Positions 42,306 through 62,722 of a DNA stretch of 64,000 bases are shown one piece after another. The stretch is from assembly GCF_009914755.1 (NCBI RefSeq), contig NC_060941.1, one strand, 5' to 3'. A program made the translations under genes and the position numbers. This DNA is from the human T2T-CHM13v2.0 reference genome, Homo sapiens. Position 1 is the first letter of the stretch; each line of letters begins with the position of its first letter. The notes under the pieces are model-generated. The model had not been told where the DNA came from. It did no database searches and saw nothing but the letters and a program-made list of their open reading frames with translations.

Positions 42306-43514
42306 TAGAGACAGGGTCTTCCTATGCTGCTTAGGCTGGTCTTGAACTCCTGGGCTCAAGTGATCCTCCCACCTTGGCCTCTTAAAGTGTTCATATTACA
42401 GGCATGAGCCACCACCCGCAGCCCATGATTCCATTTTTAATATATAAAAATGCAATAACAGATATAACAAAAATTCTCCTTGTGCCCTACTCCCTCATCC
42501 CTGAAGTAATGCTACTCTGCATTTAGTATACATGCTTCCAGACTTTTCCTCATTTACCTACATACATATTTACATAAAGCAAAATAGATTTGTTTTGTGG
42601 TTTTAAAATTTTTTCTTCGCATAAAGGGTAACATCTTGCAACTTGATTCTTTCACTTCATGATATGCCTTAGATTTCTTTCCTTCCCAGTACTTAGAGGG
42701 TCACCCCATTCATTTAAACTCCTGCATAATCCATAGTATGGATGCATCATGGTTTATTTAATAATTCCCCCATTGATGAATGTTTAGATTATGCTTAGTT
42801 TTCTTGTTACATGCATTGCTGCAATGAAATCCCTGTACATGCTTCTTTGTGAACATGTGCAAGTATTCCTGTAGCATAGATATCTGGAAATGGAATTCTT
42901 GGGGTGAAGACTATGTAGATATAAAATTTTAATTGCCTTCAAAAATTTTGTGCCAACTTACTCTATTGTCAGCAGAATATGACAGCATTCATTTCCCAAC
43001 ACCTTTTCACCGCTGGGTATTCTCCAACATTTTGCTGAAGTTATGGATGAATAAAAGGGATTCCATCTAAATGTGAATTTTTCTGATTACTCATGAATTT
43101 AATTTAGTATCTTTATATGTTTATTGAACATTTGTGTTTCTTCTCTGAGTTTTCTGGCCTTTGTTCATTTTCCTGTTGAATTGTTTTATCATTTTCTTAC
43201 TGATTTATAGAAGGAATTGGTTTAGACACATAAGTGATTTTGGAAAAAATGCTTACATTCAAAGTAACTGACATTTTTCACAACAGTTTGTGTGTCACAT
43301 CATTATTTCAATGTATATAGACAAGCCACGATGAGTTCTAAATTAAAAATAAACATATGCTAGGCGCGGTGGCTCACGCCTTTAATCCCAGCACCTTGGG
43401 AGGTAGGCGGATCACCTGAGGTCAGGAGTTTGAGACCAGCCTGGCCGATAGGGCGAAACCCCATCTCTACTAAAAATACAAAAAGTAGCCAGGCGTGGTG
43501 GTGGGTGCCTGTAA

Positions 43515-43905
<391 letters not shown>

Positions 43906-44520
43906 TAGGGTTAGAGAGAGGGATATGATTGGAAAGGGGCACACTGGGGCTTCTGGCATGCTAGCAATGATCTTTTGTAAGGATGTTTACATGGGTATCT
44001 GCTTCATAATTATTAAACTGAATATTTTGGCCAGGTGAGGTGGCTCATGTCTGCAGTCACAGCACTTTGGGAAGCAGACACAGGAGGATCACTTGAGCCA
44101 GGAGTTTGAGACCAGTCTGGGAACAGAGTGAGACCCTGTCTCAAAAATTAAATTAAATTAAATATAAACAACATTTATGTTATGTGCACTTTATGCACAT
44201 TATAGTTCTCCAATTTTTTTGATGGGGGGAAAAAGGTTGAATGGCTTCACTTGCAGCCCTGACATGGTTCCATGTGGGGCTTTCATAATAAGGTTTGGGA
44301 AAAGAGAGGAGGAAATGGAGGTTCTGCTGATCTTGGTGCCACCCAGAGTTGGATTCTAAAAGGGATTTTGTGATCTAGAGAGGAGGCATGAAATAATAGA
44401 ATTTGGTGGGAAGAAACCCACTCTTCAAGGGGTGTGCTTGAGTGTGTGTGTGTGTGTGTTTGTGGTGGTGGTGGAGAGAGATGGACACAAAAAGGAAAAT
44501 ATAAGAAAAGGTTTGAATGA

Positions 44521-44721
<201 letters not shown>

Positions 44722-47487
44722 TAAGTTAGTTAATTATATTTATGAGTTTTTAGTCATATTATCTGTAAAATGAATAAGGGGTTCAAATTAGATAATCTCT
44801 CAGATTTCTTTGAGCAATAAAATTCTGCAATTCTGTAAGTTTGTATAGGGTCTCAGCCCATCTCTAACACTAGCTACCTCCTGTGCATTTTCAGTTTTTA
44901 AGTTATATAGACAAAATACAGACAAAAACATTTCACATGGTAAGAAAATCTGAGCAGTGACTGACACCCATATGAACCTTGTTTTATAAGGGTTCACATA
45001 TCATTCTTTTTCTATTCAGTCTACAACCAATAGATCTAATCTAATTTATGGTCTATTTTTAAATAGCCCATTAAGTTAAGAATGGGTTTTGCATTTTTAA
45101 AGGGACTGTGAAAGAAAAAGAAAAGAAACAAAGAAATATGCGAGAGATCATATGTGGCCCATAAAACCTAAAATATTTACTGTCTGACCTTCACCAAAAA
45201 AAATTTCAAAAAGTTGGTTTAGTAGGATGAAAGGAACTAAAGTTAACTTCAGATGGTTGCCTAAAGGAGAAGAAAATGGAGACCACCTGCATTCATTTGA
45301 ACATCATTAATCCAGAATTTTTTGGTAATTTAATCGGAATTAAATTAACATTTAAATATTAAAAATAGCTGAATTATATCAATAATATTATCAAGAATAT
45401 TAAGCTACCAAGAGAATAGACTGGTATTAAGGATTTCATTTCAGGAATTGTTATATTAAAACAGATGTTTAAAATGATGGTTAACTGATAGAGCTAGAAA
45501 TGTTTACACTAAGAAGCACATCAGAAATGCCCCTAACTCTTCACTAATTACAAAATAACGATCGCCCCAGCCCTGTTACCAGAAAGGGATCCCTGTATTT
45601 CTGTCTGTTTAGAGACAAGAAGATACTATGTTCATTGCTATGAAAGCTTGATTCTTACCCTTTGTCCATAGAGGTCTGTATGTCATTAATCCTTATTAAG
45701 CTCATTAGTGATGCTCTTTTGCAAACAGATTCTTTCAAATATAGAAGGCTTAAGGAAAGTGGGTGTAAAGACCCTCAGGTGGATGCCAAAGTGCTACAGA
45801 GACCATGAAATAATAAAACTACATTTCCTTTAAAATAGTTATTTTCCTTCTACTCACTCCCCCAGCTATTCATTTATTTTACAAATATTTGAGTTTGCTT
45901 TATTTCCATGTGTCAGTTTTAAACATGGTGGGCAATGCAGATGAGCAAGACCTAGTCCATGCTTTCAGGGAGTTTATGCTCAGAAGAAATGGGATAAAAA
46001 ATAACTACATTAAGAAGAAGAAATGGATGTGGGCACTAGGAGGGATAAATTGTTTCTCGAACATAGAAGAGGAAAAAATGCCTTCAATTTGGACCCAGGA
46101 GGATGTTACTAGAACAATGCCATTTGAATAGGACTTTGAAGGGCCATTGTGTAACATCAGACAGACATCTTGGGGAAAATACTCTAAACTTGCAAAAGGA
46201 AAATGGGAGGGCAAAACACAGGAAAGTATTCAAGGAATGCCATGAGTACCCGTAGAGTACAAGAAGGGAGAGTAGGAAAATGGAGCCAGATCTTCTAGAG
46301 CTTTGAATGCCAAGCTGAGGAGCCAACATGGGGAACCGTGTTACCACAGCAGCGCTGTAAGGTAGATCTGCATCACAGTCATTGAGAGGGCACGTTAGAA
46401 CTCAGTTCTGGACTCCACCCTCGTAGTTACTGATTCAGTTGGTCTAGAGTGGGACCAAGAATTTGCATCTTCAGTAATTTCCCAGGAGATGCTGGTCTTT
46501 GCAAGCCACTTCTGGAGAGTTTATATGATGACTGTGTGCAGGATAGTTTAGGTAGGGAGAGACTGGAGATGGAGATATCAGCCAGACAACGTTACACCAT
46601 CCAGGTAAAGAGGGAGGGACAAACTCCATCACTGTATAACTGAAGAAATTTTTTTTTATGAAATATTAAAGCAATACAAAACCAAAAATGAATTTCTATT
46701 AATATGATAGAAATTAATTCTATTAATATGATTTGAATTAGTTCAAAGTTATGTATTAGGTAAAGGGGTAGCTTCCTTTCAAATGATGTGAAAGGATGTC
46801 TTTCTTCTGATATTGAAGTGGCTTAGGAAAACAGACCTAAACTAAGAAGGTGTAGAAATGTGAGACTTGTTTGTTTGTTTGTTTGTTTGTTTGAGACGGA
46901 ATCTCGCTCTGTCGCCCAGGCTGGAGTGCAGTGGTGCGATCTCGGCTCACTGCAAGGTCCGCCTCCTGGGTTCATGCCATTCTCCTGCCTCAGCCTCCTG
47001 AGCAGCTAGGACTACAGGCACGTGCCACTAGGCCCGGCTAATTTTTTATTTTTTTTGTAGAGACAGGGTTTCACCGTGTTAGCCAGGATGGTCTCGATAT
47101 CCTGACCTCAGGATCTGCCAGCCTCGGCCTCCGAAAGTGCTGGATTACAGGCCTGAGCCACCGCACCCGGCCCGACTATTTTTTTTAATATTAGAAATTG
47201 TGTATATAGAGATAAAATCTTTGAGCTCATAATCTAAGATTTGATGACACTACAAAAGGGCATCTAATCAAGTCTACTGCTCTCAGGAAAAATTAATTCC
47301 AAAGTCTATTATGTTGTATATTTATTAAAACCATGAAGGTGAGACTCTAGGAGAGGTATGGGCAGGGTTAGGGGCTCTGGAATGTTCAAATACAAGTCCA
47401 AACGTTTAGAGTTGAGATGAAAAATAGGTATTCAGTATTATTCTAAACTCTTGCTGTTGTTCATACCAATTGACATTTAATAACTAA

Positions 47488-47586
<99 letters not shown>

Positions 47587-47777
47587 TAAGTTACAAATAT
47601 AACTTGATTACATTTGGAATTTTTATAAAACTTAATTATAAACCTCTTTGCTATTCTTGAAATATGATTAAAATTTTACCAGTAGAAAGCTACTAAAATT
47701 ATACAGCAAATCCTTTTTGTCTCTAGCAAGGATTATTGTGAGAATTATTACACAGATCTTAGTGAATCATCAGAGAG

Positions 47778-47990
47778 CAGTGGTTCTCAGGTGGTGTGAT
47801 TTTGCACTCAGGTGGCATTTGGTAATGTCCGGAGACAGTTTTGGTTGACAAAACTGTGAGTGTGCTCCTGGCATCTGGTGGGCAAAGGCCAGAGATGCTG
47901 CTAAACATCCTTCAAGGTATAAGACAAACCCCCATGGCAAAGAGTTATATAGTCCAAAATGTTGATGGCACTGAAGTTGTGAAATCCTGT
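47778..47990. mobile_element. MER20-like hAT remnant (also MER58-like at about 45040-45215 and MER5-like at about 46350-46510)
   Basis: cagtggttctc..ggcatttggtaatgtccggagaca..ggccagagatgctgctaaacatcct..ccaaaatgt. Confidence 0.7.
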
Positions 47991-48192
47991 TCTAGAGAAA
48001 TAAAGATCACTTAACACAGGTATTTACTGAACATTCACTGTTTTGTATCTAATGCACCACGTGTGCAGTGTTAAAGTATAAATCATAAGCCAGTATCTTC
48101 CACAGTCAGATTTCCTTAGTGCATAGAGAAAGGATTGAGGTTATGTTCCATCCTATATAAATTAGAATCATGGCAAATGATAAATGTTCTGA

Positions 48193-48315
<123 letters not shown>

Positions 48316-48810
48316 TAAGTGAAATAGAAGATGAATACATGTAAACAACTATTTATGTACAAAAACTCATACAATTATTGGGTAGCTGGGTATAAGCCCA
48401 TTATCAACTCTGAAAAGCATGTCTTAAGATCCATTCATTTTTCTCAAATGGGGAAGCTAAGGTACAAAGAGGCCAAGAGACTTATGTAGCTTATATATGA
48501 CCTCCTCTGCTTGTCCTAGTTCTGACCTATAGCATGGGCAAGAAAAGGCATCAAAGAAGTGACCCTCAAATTAGCCTTGTTGCTGGGCGGGGTGGCTCAG
48601 ACCTGTAATCCCAGAACTTTGGGAGCCGAGGTGGGTGGATCACCCGAGGTCAGGAATTCAACACCAGCCTGGCCAACATAGTGAAACCCTGTCCCTACTA
48701 TAAATACAAAAAAATTAGCTGGGCGTGGTGGTGCAGTTTTTTGCTCCCTGGAGGACTTTGTGTTAAGCTTCCTTCCTTGCAGCTAAATGTTGCAGACATC
48801 TAAGCAGTTA

Positions 48811-49138
<328 letters not shown>

Positions 49139-52100
49139 TCAGGTGATCCGCCCACCTCAGCCTCCCAAAGTGCTGGGGTTACAGGTGTGAGCCACCATGC
49201 CTGGCCAAGATGGTGTTTATGTTAAGCTATTGTGCAAAAAAAAACTTTTGTAAAGAAAATATATCACTGTATCTTAATTCCATATACTTTCCTGACTACT
49301 CTTCTACCATAATTGCAAAAATTCTATGATTTCTCTGTATAACATACCCATCAAATCAGAGTGGGTATATTCAGTGGCCTGAAGGGGACTCAAGGTGAAG
49401 ATTCTCCTCTACATCTGACTTTAGAAAAGACTTTCCACCTGCCTTGTGGTTCAGAAATCTAGTTTCACACAGTTCATTTCAAGTTAGAGGGAGGCATTCA
49501 GGATGTGTCTGGACTAGAGCAGCAGTTTCTGCACATGCTCCCCTCTGTCCTCATTAATTTGCTGATGCATAACTTAGGAAAAGTACACTAAAGGTCTGTT
49601 TTTCTTTTGCCCTCACACCAGAGAACAGGCTCATTAGGTCCCTCCACCAAGAGGTTTAGGTAGCATCAATACAAATGTTTTAAACTCACCATCTTTACTA
49701 AGCACTTTATACCACTGGGAGTCCCTCATAAAAATCTGGTGGCCGGGAGCGGTGGCTCATGCCTGTAATTCCAGCACTTTGCTGAGGTGGGTGGATCACC
49801 TGAGGTCAGGAGTTCAAGACCAGCCTGACCAACATGGTGAAACCTGTCTCTACTAAAAATACAAAAATTAGGTGGGCATGGTGACAGGCAACTGTAATCC
49901 TAGGTACTCAGGAGGCTGAGGCAGGAGAATCACTTGAAACCAGGAGGCGGAGGTTGCAGTGAGCCGAGATGGCACCATTGCACTCCAGCCTGAGGGACAG
50001 AGTGAGACTCTGTCTCAAATAATAATAATAATATAATAATAATAATCATCATCATCATCTAGCCAGCTTCACTACAATTATGTAGGCAACACCAGGAAAA
50101 CACTGGAATCACAGTTGATAAAAATTAATGAATTCACTCAAAAACATTCAGAGTGTCATGTCCATTTGTGCCAGGTACTGTACTAAGTGCTGGGGCTACA
50201 AAATCCATCTCAAAGACACACCAAGATGAGGACTTTGTCCCCAGGGGACTTTCATTCCTCAAGGAGGAAGCGGATGCTGATGGGAAAACATATGAGAGCC
50301 ATGTGGGGATCTGTACGGCAGGGTGACAAGGAGAGGACAAAGCAGGAATGGGGGCTGGGTTAAGAAAGACTTGAGAGACACTAACTTGCTTATCTTGAGT
50401 TTCTGTGTTCATCTTAAACAACAGAAAAAGGCATTTGCTTCATGGTGATGAAAAAATCAGAGCTAGCTGATATTGGAAACTAGCACTCATTTCATATAAA
50501 CAGAATAGAGCTGTACCCTTCAAACTAAGTCACAGTTACTTTCAAAGATTGGCACAAGGGTCTCAACACACCAAGTGTATGTTAGGGGCTGGGCTCCGTT
50601 GGAGTCAAATCTTCCTGGTAAACAAAGCTACACTGCAGTCATATTTGGCATATGTGACATATAGGCCCACTGCATTTCCTTCCAAAGGCAAGATGCCAAG
50701 GGAAGGTGCCAGTAATTTTATGACCAAAATGACACCATTTTGTGGTGTTTGTAAGTTGAAACAATATATTTCCCTGCATTACACAAGTTTATAAAAAACA
50801 AACAAAAAAAGAGGCCCCAGCTGTGGTTGATCGATGATGAATTGAATAGAGCCTAACCTTCCAGGCTTCTCACTTGCACAGGCCCTTCCAAGGTCCTGGG
50901 AGGGCCCCTGGAAATTTTTGTAGTCATAATTTTTTTAATGTTTTTACTAGATAAGGCTCAGGCCCCACAAAATCCTGAAATCATCCCTGGGTTCCAATAG
51001 TTACAACCCAGTAAATCTCTTGAATGAAGCCTCTATGTTATTGACAAATACTGACTGGCCAAGTTAGCAGGGTTAAAAGGTCTGTCTATTTTGAATCTGA
51101 AATCCATCTCAAAGACAGGCCAAGAGCTTATTAGTGGACTTAACTGGATTCTGCTGGCCCAAGCGCAGTAAAGTCAAACAACCATATCGAGGTTTTGCAT
51201 TGGGGAAAGGAGGACATTTATTTGCAGGGCATCCAAGCAAGAAGGACCAGGCGGCTAACTATCAAAGTCCCTCACTGAATGGGGGCAATAATCATATCTC
51301 TTACAGATGAAATCATGAATGAAATGGTTTATGGAAAAGCAGCAATGGTTGATAATCCTAAATGTTAAGTATGTTTATATTTTTTCCCTGACTTTAAAGT
51401 GCTTCTCCTTCATTCCTATACACAGGTCCAGACTGATGGCTTATTTTTTAAAATTCTCTTAGTCACTTCATTGGTTCTAACAATAATTTTAGAAACTGGA
51501 TGACTTTGCAATGTAGAAAGGCTATACTTTATTCAGATAGAGTACACTCACATATTGGCTTGTCTATGGCACATCGATATCATGCCAAGAATGTAAGCAC
51601 TAAGAGAGAATAAGAGGAAAATCCAGGCTTTATCCCTATTGAATTATTTATCCCACTATTAGAATATTAGTGAGGTAGGTGTGGCCACACTGTGATGGCA
51701 AATTGAGCTTCGGTCACAAACATGCCTTACTGTTCCCCCCAGTCTACTGACATCAGCTTCCTTTACATAGCGGTAGATGCACAAAAGTTTGCACAGTTGA
51801 GGGTATTGTCATCATGTTTTGGTATGTACTGGAATCCTGGCAGCTTCTTCTCTGATTCGGAGAGGCGCAAACATTAAAGACAAAAAGAACAACTCGAGTC
51901 TGTCCTTTGGGGTGATTTAGGGTGGCTGTTTAAATTTGTAGTGGTTGAAAAGTCTTGAGATTGTCACACCTAGCAACTCTTATACTTTTCTTCTCTCAGC
52001 TGCAGCTTGTTCTTTTCACCTGTGTAACAAGCTGTCTTCTCTTCTCACAGAAGCTTAGCATTTCATCCTCTGCCCCATAGCATTTTTTCAATACTTAATT

Positions 52101-52874
52101 TACCAGGTGCTGTTTATGTTGTAGGCACCTAAGTACTTATACAAGTGAGATAACATGTCCGAAGTTCTTAGAACAGTGCTTGGCCTATGGTAAATGCTCC
52201 ATACATGTTACCTCCTATGATACCTCATTTTCATTTTTCCAACAACTCTTGCGATGCGGTTATTATTATCATTTCTATTTTGTAGATGAGGAAGTTGAAA
52301 CTCAGAGACGCTAGGTAATTTGCTAAGGTTCACATGGCTAATAAGTGGCAGAACCACTTACAAGCTTTGCAAATAATTTTCAATGCAGCTCTTAGTTCCC
52401 CTGTAATAGGAGCTGAATGATGACAATTTGGCTTTGTGTGCATTGTGTCTTACTTTCTAACTTGAATAGGACCTGTAGAGCAGTGAGCTCCACTTCCCTC
52501 TGAGAATCCCACGCTTCTGGAGCTCCTGGCTGTACCAGCTCTGGGCATCCCCAGGGTTTATGCTCACCGGTCAGTGCTGGTGTGACATGATGGCTGAGCA
52601 CCGGCACTGTGTCCAGCGCATTGCTAGGCACTAGACACGTGCTCTTTCATTTATTCCTCAAATTGCTTTGTGCTGTAAACGCTACCCAGAAAGGCTCATG
52701 TTCATTACTCAAGTCACTTCACCAGAAAGTGACAGAGCCAGAATTCAAACCCAGGTCTGCCAGATTCCAGGTCCCTTGCTTCTTCTGTTGTTGCTCATTG
52801 CAAGGGAGTCTTCTTCAAGGTTATTCTCAGGACTTTGATTAAGATACAGGCTCACAGCTGGGCATGGTGTCTCA

Positions 52875-53273
<399 letters not shown>

Positions 53274-55079
53274 TCACGAACCTATGTAGGTGAATAAAGG
53301 AAAGAGGTTACTTTCTCCCCAAGTACATCGCGCATAGTGGGTGAGGGTCTAGGTCATCTGCTTATTTCTTTGACTACCTTCTTCCATGGAACCAGTTTTC
53401 CCTGACAGCCTTGGGATTCTAGCATAGATCATTTTGGAGTTTGTCATTTAAATTTATTTTCACGGCCTGCTTTGGACATTTTTTCAGCTAGAGCTGTTAG
53501 GATTTCAGTACATTTAAGACAGTGATGACATGCTCCAGTCCTTTCATCTCTGTCTCCTCAGTTAATAGAAAGGAAACATAGCTCATCTATCTGGACCTGT
53601 ACAGAAGAATTTGGAGGGAAAAAAAAAAACAGGCAAGAAATGTTCCCTTATTTTGTGAGCTACCTTTATTCTGTCCCATTGTTCTACAGCAAAAGGCTTG
53701 TATAAAAATATTTCAGTTTTCCTCATCTAATAAGGCATATTTAATAAAATTATTTAGAGCAGTACTTCTTAAACTTTTACTCTGAGACAGTCTTTGAGGC
53801 TGAAAAAAAGCTTGCCACATTTTACTTCCATAAAGATACCAAAAAGGCGATGGACTGGGAGTCAGTGCACCTTAGTTTAATGTATAAAATGAAGGACTTG
53901 AACCAGAAATGGAAATGGTCATCTACTGTGAATCTAAAAACACTCGAGGCTGGGCGCGCTGGCTCATGCCTGTAATCCCAGCAATTTAGGAGGCCAAGAC
54001 AGGCAGATCGCTTGAGCCCCTGGAGTTCAAGTTCAGCCTGGGCAACAAAGTGAGACCCCAATCTCTACAAAAAGACTTTTAAAAAGTGGAAACATAAATA
54101 TAAATAAATAAAAACATTCATATCATTTGGTTTGTGGAAAAGAGTTGCTGTAGAGTCCTCAAACTTGAGCCGTTGAGCCAGTTCTCACTCAGTCTCTCCA
54201 TGGCCCAGGCACAACCTTAGTCAAGAAAAGAATGCCTTAGAACAGGAGGAAAAGAGGATAATATCGAATGGCCCTATATTTTGATTTCATTAGGGACAAA
54301 TGCAAAGATCCTAATGTCAGCTGGAGAAGAGCTTCCTAGTTCAGAGGTAATGCTGAGCTCAAGGCTATGGATGAGCTATCAAGAAAGAGGGAAGGTTGGA
54401 GAGTGAGAGAATTTTGGAGGAAAGATAACAAACTTTGCCAAGTTGTTTGGCTACATACTGCCTTACAGTCATTATTTTTGGTGTTTAGAAAAAAATAGAA
54501 ACAGGGTCTCACTTTGTTACCCAGGCTGGTCTCAAACTCCTGGGCTCAAGCTCTCCTTCTGCTTTGGCCTCCCAAAGTGCTGAGATTACAGGCTTGAGAT
54601 GCTGTGCCCAGCCTACATTCATTTTTAATAGCTGGGAGGAAAGTGGGCAGAGGAAGATATAGAATGAAGGGGTAGCCGACTTTGTACAGAGCCCACCAGT
54701 GGTCTTACAAGTTTTCATGCCAAAAAAAAATCACGAAGGATATTTAAAGCCCTAGTTTGAGAATCCATACTTAACCAGTCATGTGGCACTCACATTCTTT
54801 CTCTTTGTAACATCATCTTATTGAATATTAGTGTTACAAAACAAGTTAATGGCACTGAAAAACCATCTGGAATAGGAAGAGGAGGGGGATCACAAGGCAG
54901 GACAAGCTGTGTGGCTCCCAGCCTCGCCACTGACTCACTCTGATCTTGGTCAAGGGAGAGTGAATCTTCACTCCTCTTTTTTCCATCTGCCAGCATGTTT
55001 GGTCTTCTGGCACCTGGTGTTCTATACAGTACAACATGCTTCTTTGTGTTACATTGAGACTTGATCCACGTACCATCAA

Positions 55080-57250
55080 CGCAGTATTATAAAGTGTACA
55101 ATTCAGTGGTGGTTAGTATATTCTCAAGGTTGTATAGCAAACAATCACCATTATCTAACCCCAGAACATTTTCATCATCCCAAAAAGAAACATGGTACCC
55201 ATTAGCCATCACTCCCCAGTGCTGTCTTCCCGCAGGCCCAGGTAACTACTAATCTACTTTGAGTCCCTATGGATTTGCCTATTCTAGATCTTTCATATAA
55301 ACGAATCATACAGTATGTGGCCTTTTGTGTCTAGTTTCTTTTCACGAAGCATGTTGTTTCTAAGGTCCTCCCATGCTGCAGCATGGATCATTCCTTTGCA
55401 AGGCTGAGTGATATTCCATTGTATGGAGCCATCACTATATCCGTTCATCCATTCATCACTTAGTGGACATGTGGTTGTTTCTACTTTATTTTGGCTTTTA
55501 TGAATAATGCTGCTATGGACATGCATGTACTACTTTTTGCGTGGACATGTTTTTAATTCTAGGGTGCATCCCTAGCAGAATTGCTAGATCGTATGGCAAC
55601 TCTTATGTTTAACTTTTTGAGGACCTGTCAGGCTGATTTCCACAGTGGCTGCTCCATTTTACACTTCCATCTGCAATGTTTGAGGGTTTCAATTTCTCCG
55701 GGTCTTTGTCAACACTGTCGTTGTCTGTCTCTTCTCATAGCCATCCCAGTGAGTGTAAAGTAGTATCTCGCTGCAGTTTTTGATGGACATTTCCCTAATG
55801 ATTTAAGACATTCAACATTTTTATGTGTATATGAGCCATTTATATAACTTCTTTGAAGAAATATTTATTCACATCCTCTGCCCATTTAAAAAATTGATTT
55901 GTCTTTTTATTGAATTATAGGAATTTCTTTATATCTTCTGGATACTCTGGATATTAGACCTTAACAGATAATTTGCCAATATTTTCTCTCATCCTGTGAG
56001 TTCTGTGACTTTCTTGCCAGTGTCCTTTGATGCACAAAAGTTTTTAATTTTGATAAAATCTAATGTATCTATTTTTCCTTTGGTTGTTTGTGCTTTTGGT
56101 GTCATGTGTGTGTATAAAATGTCTTATTCTTCTTTAAAAAGGTTCAGTGTTTGGTTTTAAATCAGGCTGTGTCCCTTTCATCTGTCTGACATTCTTGTCA
56201 CCATGTCAGGCTGCCTTCAGCTAGTAATACTTCATTAAATTCAAAAGACAAAATTGTTTTAAAAGAAAAAAAATCCAGTTTGGAGAAGAAAAAACTGTTG
56301 TCTAATTTAAGGTCATGAAATTTACTCCCATGTTTTTGTGTAAGAGTCTTATCGTTTTGGCTCTTACATTTAGGTATTTGACATATTTTGCATCAATTCT
56401 TATAATCGTGTGAGATGTAGGGGGTCCACCTTCATTATTTTGCACATAGATGTTCAGGTGACGCCATTGCACTCAAGCCTGGGCAACAGAGTGAGACTCC
56501 AATGGAGACGGGGTTTCAGCACGTTTATCCGTTTATCAGGCTGCTCTCGAACTCCTAACCTCAGATGATCCACCTGCTTCAGCCTCCCAAAATGCTGGGA
56601 TTACAGGCATGAGCTACCATGCCCAGCCAATAAATGAAAACTTTTTCACTCAAAAAAACAACAATTGTAGTGAAACCATAGATCAGTTTGGAGAATCATG
56701 CTATTATTATCTGCTTCATGTTTACAGAATACTCCGTTGAATTTGGTTTGCCAGATTTTGTCAAGCATTTTTCCATCTACATTCGTAAGAAATACTGGTC
56801 TGTAATTTTTTGTGTGTGATGTCTTTAGTTTGGATACCAGGTTAATATCACCCTCATAGAATAAGTTAGGAAATGTTCTCTCCTCATCTGTATTTTGAAA
56901 GACTTTATGAAGGATTGGTGTTAATTCTTCTTTAAGTATTTGGTAGATTCACCAGTGAGGCTGCCTGCTGGTCTTCAGCTTTTCTTAGTGGAAAGTTTTT
57001 TGATTACTACCTCAATCTCTTTACTTGACATAGGTCTGTCTATTCAGATTTTCTGTTTTTTTCTCAAGTCAGATTCAGTAGTTCATATCTTTCTGGTAAT
57101 GTGTCTTTCATCCAGCTTATCCAATTATTAGCATATATTGTTTATATGTATAATCCTTTTTATTCATATTATAATCCTATTTATGTCTCTAAGAACAATA
57201 GTAATGTCCCCTCTCATTTCTAGTTTTAATAATTTGGTCTTCTGTATTTT
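55080..57250 (-). mobile_element. Old L1 (L1MB-like) 3' end and ORF2 fragments
   Basis: aagtgtacaattcagtgg..ccagaacattttcatcatccc..tatggatttgcctattctag motifs. ORF2-like peptide 55293..55526 (TCPLSDEWMN..WNITQP). Confidence 0.8.
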
Positions 57251-57426
57251 TGCAGTGCAGTGGCTCATACCTGTCATCCTAGCACTTTGGGAGGCTGCGG
57301 TGGGAGGATTGCTTGACCCCAGGAGTTCAAGGCCAGCCAGGGCAACATACTGAGAGCTTATCTCTACAAAAAAAATTTAAAAGTTAGCTGAACGTGGTGG
57401 CACATGCCTGTAGTCACAGCTACTCA

Positions 57427-57693
<267 letters not shown>

Positions 57694-58080
57694 TTAGTTA
57701 GCCGAGTGTGGTGGTGCGCACCTGTAGTCTCAGCTACATCTTAATTTTATAACGTTGTAGTTCAGATTAATTCCAACTTTGTTTCAATGGTATACAAAAA
57801 CTTTGCTTCTCTAAAGCTCCACTCTCACCCCCTCCTTTATACTGTTATTGTCACACATTACATCTTTATATACCTTATGTTCATCAACTAGATTTATAAT
57901 TATTGCATTATGTAAGTATCTTTTTCTTTTTTTTTTTTCTTTATTTTGGGACAGAGTCTCACTCTGTTGCCCAGGCTAGAGTGCAGTGGCACAATCTTTA
58001 CTCGCCGCAACCTCTGCCTCCCAGGTTCAAGCGATTCTAGTGCCTCAGCCTCCTGAGTAGCTGGGACTGCAGGCACGTAA

Positions 58081-61547
<3,467 letters not shown>

Positions 61548-61679
61548 TGATCCGCCTGCCTCAGCCTCCCAAAGTGCTAGGATTACAGGTGTGAGCCACT
61601 GCGCCCAGCCTGCATGTCTTTATTCCACCATTTTCACTGATGTCACTTACGACATGATTTTAAATCTCTGAAGGCTCAC

Positions 61680-61988
61680 TGGGCACATGCCTGTAGTCCC
61701 AGATACTCGGGAGGCAAAGGAAGAAGGATCCTTTGAGTCCAGGAATTCTGGGCTGTAGCATGCTATGCTGATTGGGTGTCCGCACTAAGTTCAGCATCAG
61801 TATGGTGACCTCCCGGGAAAAGGAGACCACCAGGTTGCCTAAAAAGGGGTGTACCAGCCCAGTTCAGGAATAGAGCAGGTCAAAACTCCCATGCTGATCA
61901 CTAGTGGGATCATGGCTGTGAATAGCCACTGTTCTCCAGCCTGGGCAACACAGTGAGTGAGAATGTGTCTCTTAAAAAAAAAAAAAAA
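61680..61988 (+). pseudogene. 7SL RNA (SRP RNA) retro-pseudogene
   Basis: Contains the S domain that Alu lacks (ttctgggctgtag..gggtgtccgcactaagttcagcatcagtatggtgacctcccggg..ccaccaggttgcctaa..gagcaggtcaaaactccc), many substitutions and a poly(A) tail. Confidence 0.93.
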
Positions 61989-62301
61989 GTCTCATTGACC
62001 ATAGACTAATAAACTATTTAATCATGGGAAATGATTAGGGGAAAGACATAAAAAGAGAAACTGTAATCCACTTTTTTTTGCTCTGTTGCCCAGGCTGGAG
62101 TAGAGTGGCTTGATCTTGGCTCACTGCAACCTCCGCCTCCTGGGTTCAAGCAATTCTCCTGCCTCAGCCTCTGAAACAGCTGGAATTACAGGCAAGCACT
62201 GCCGTGCCCTGCTAATGAGAAATTGTAATTCTCATAGAGGTCCTCCCAGAGGAGTAGAAGAAGGTTGAAAGGCACTTCTGTATTTAGTCTTCTCACAATT
62301 A

Positions 62302-62722
<421 letters not shown>

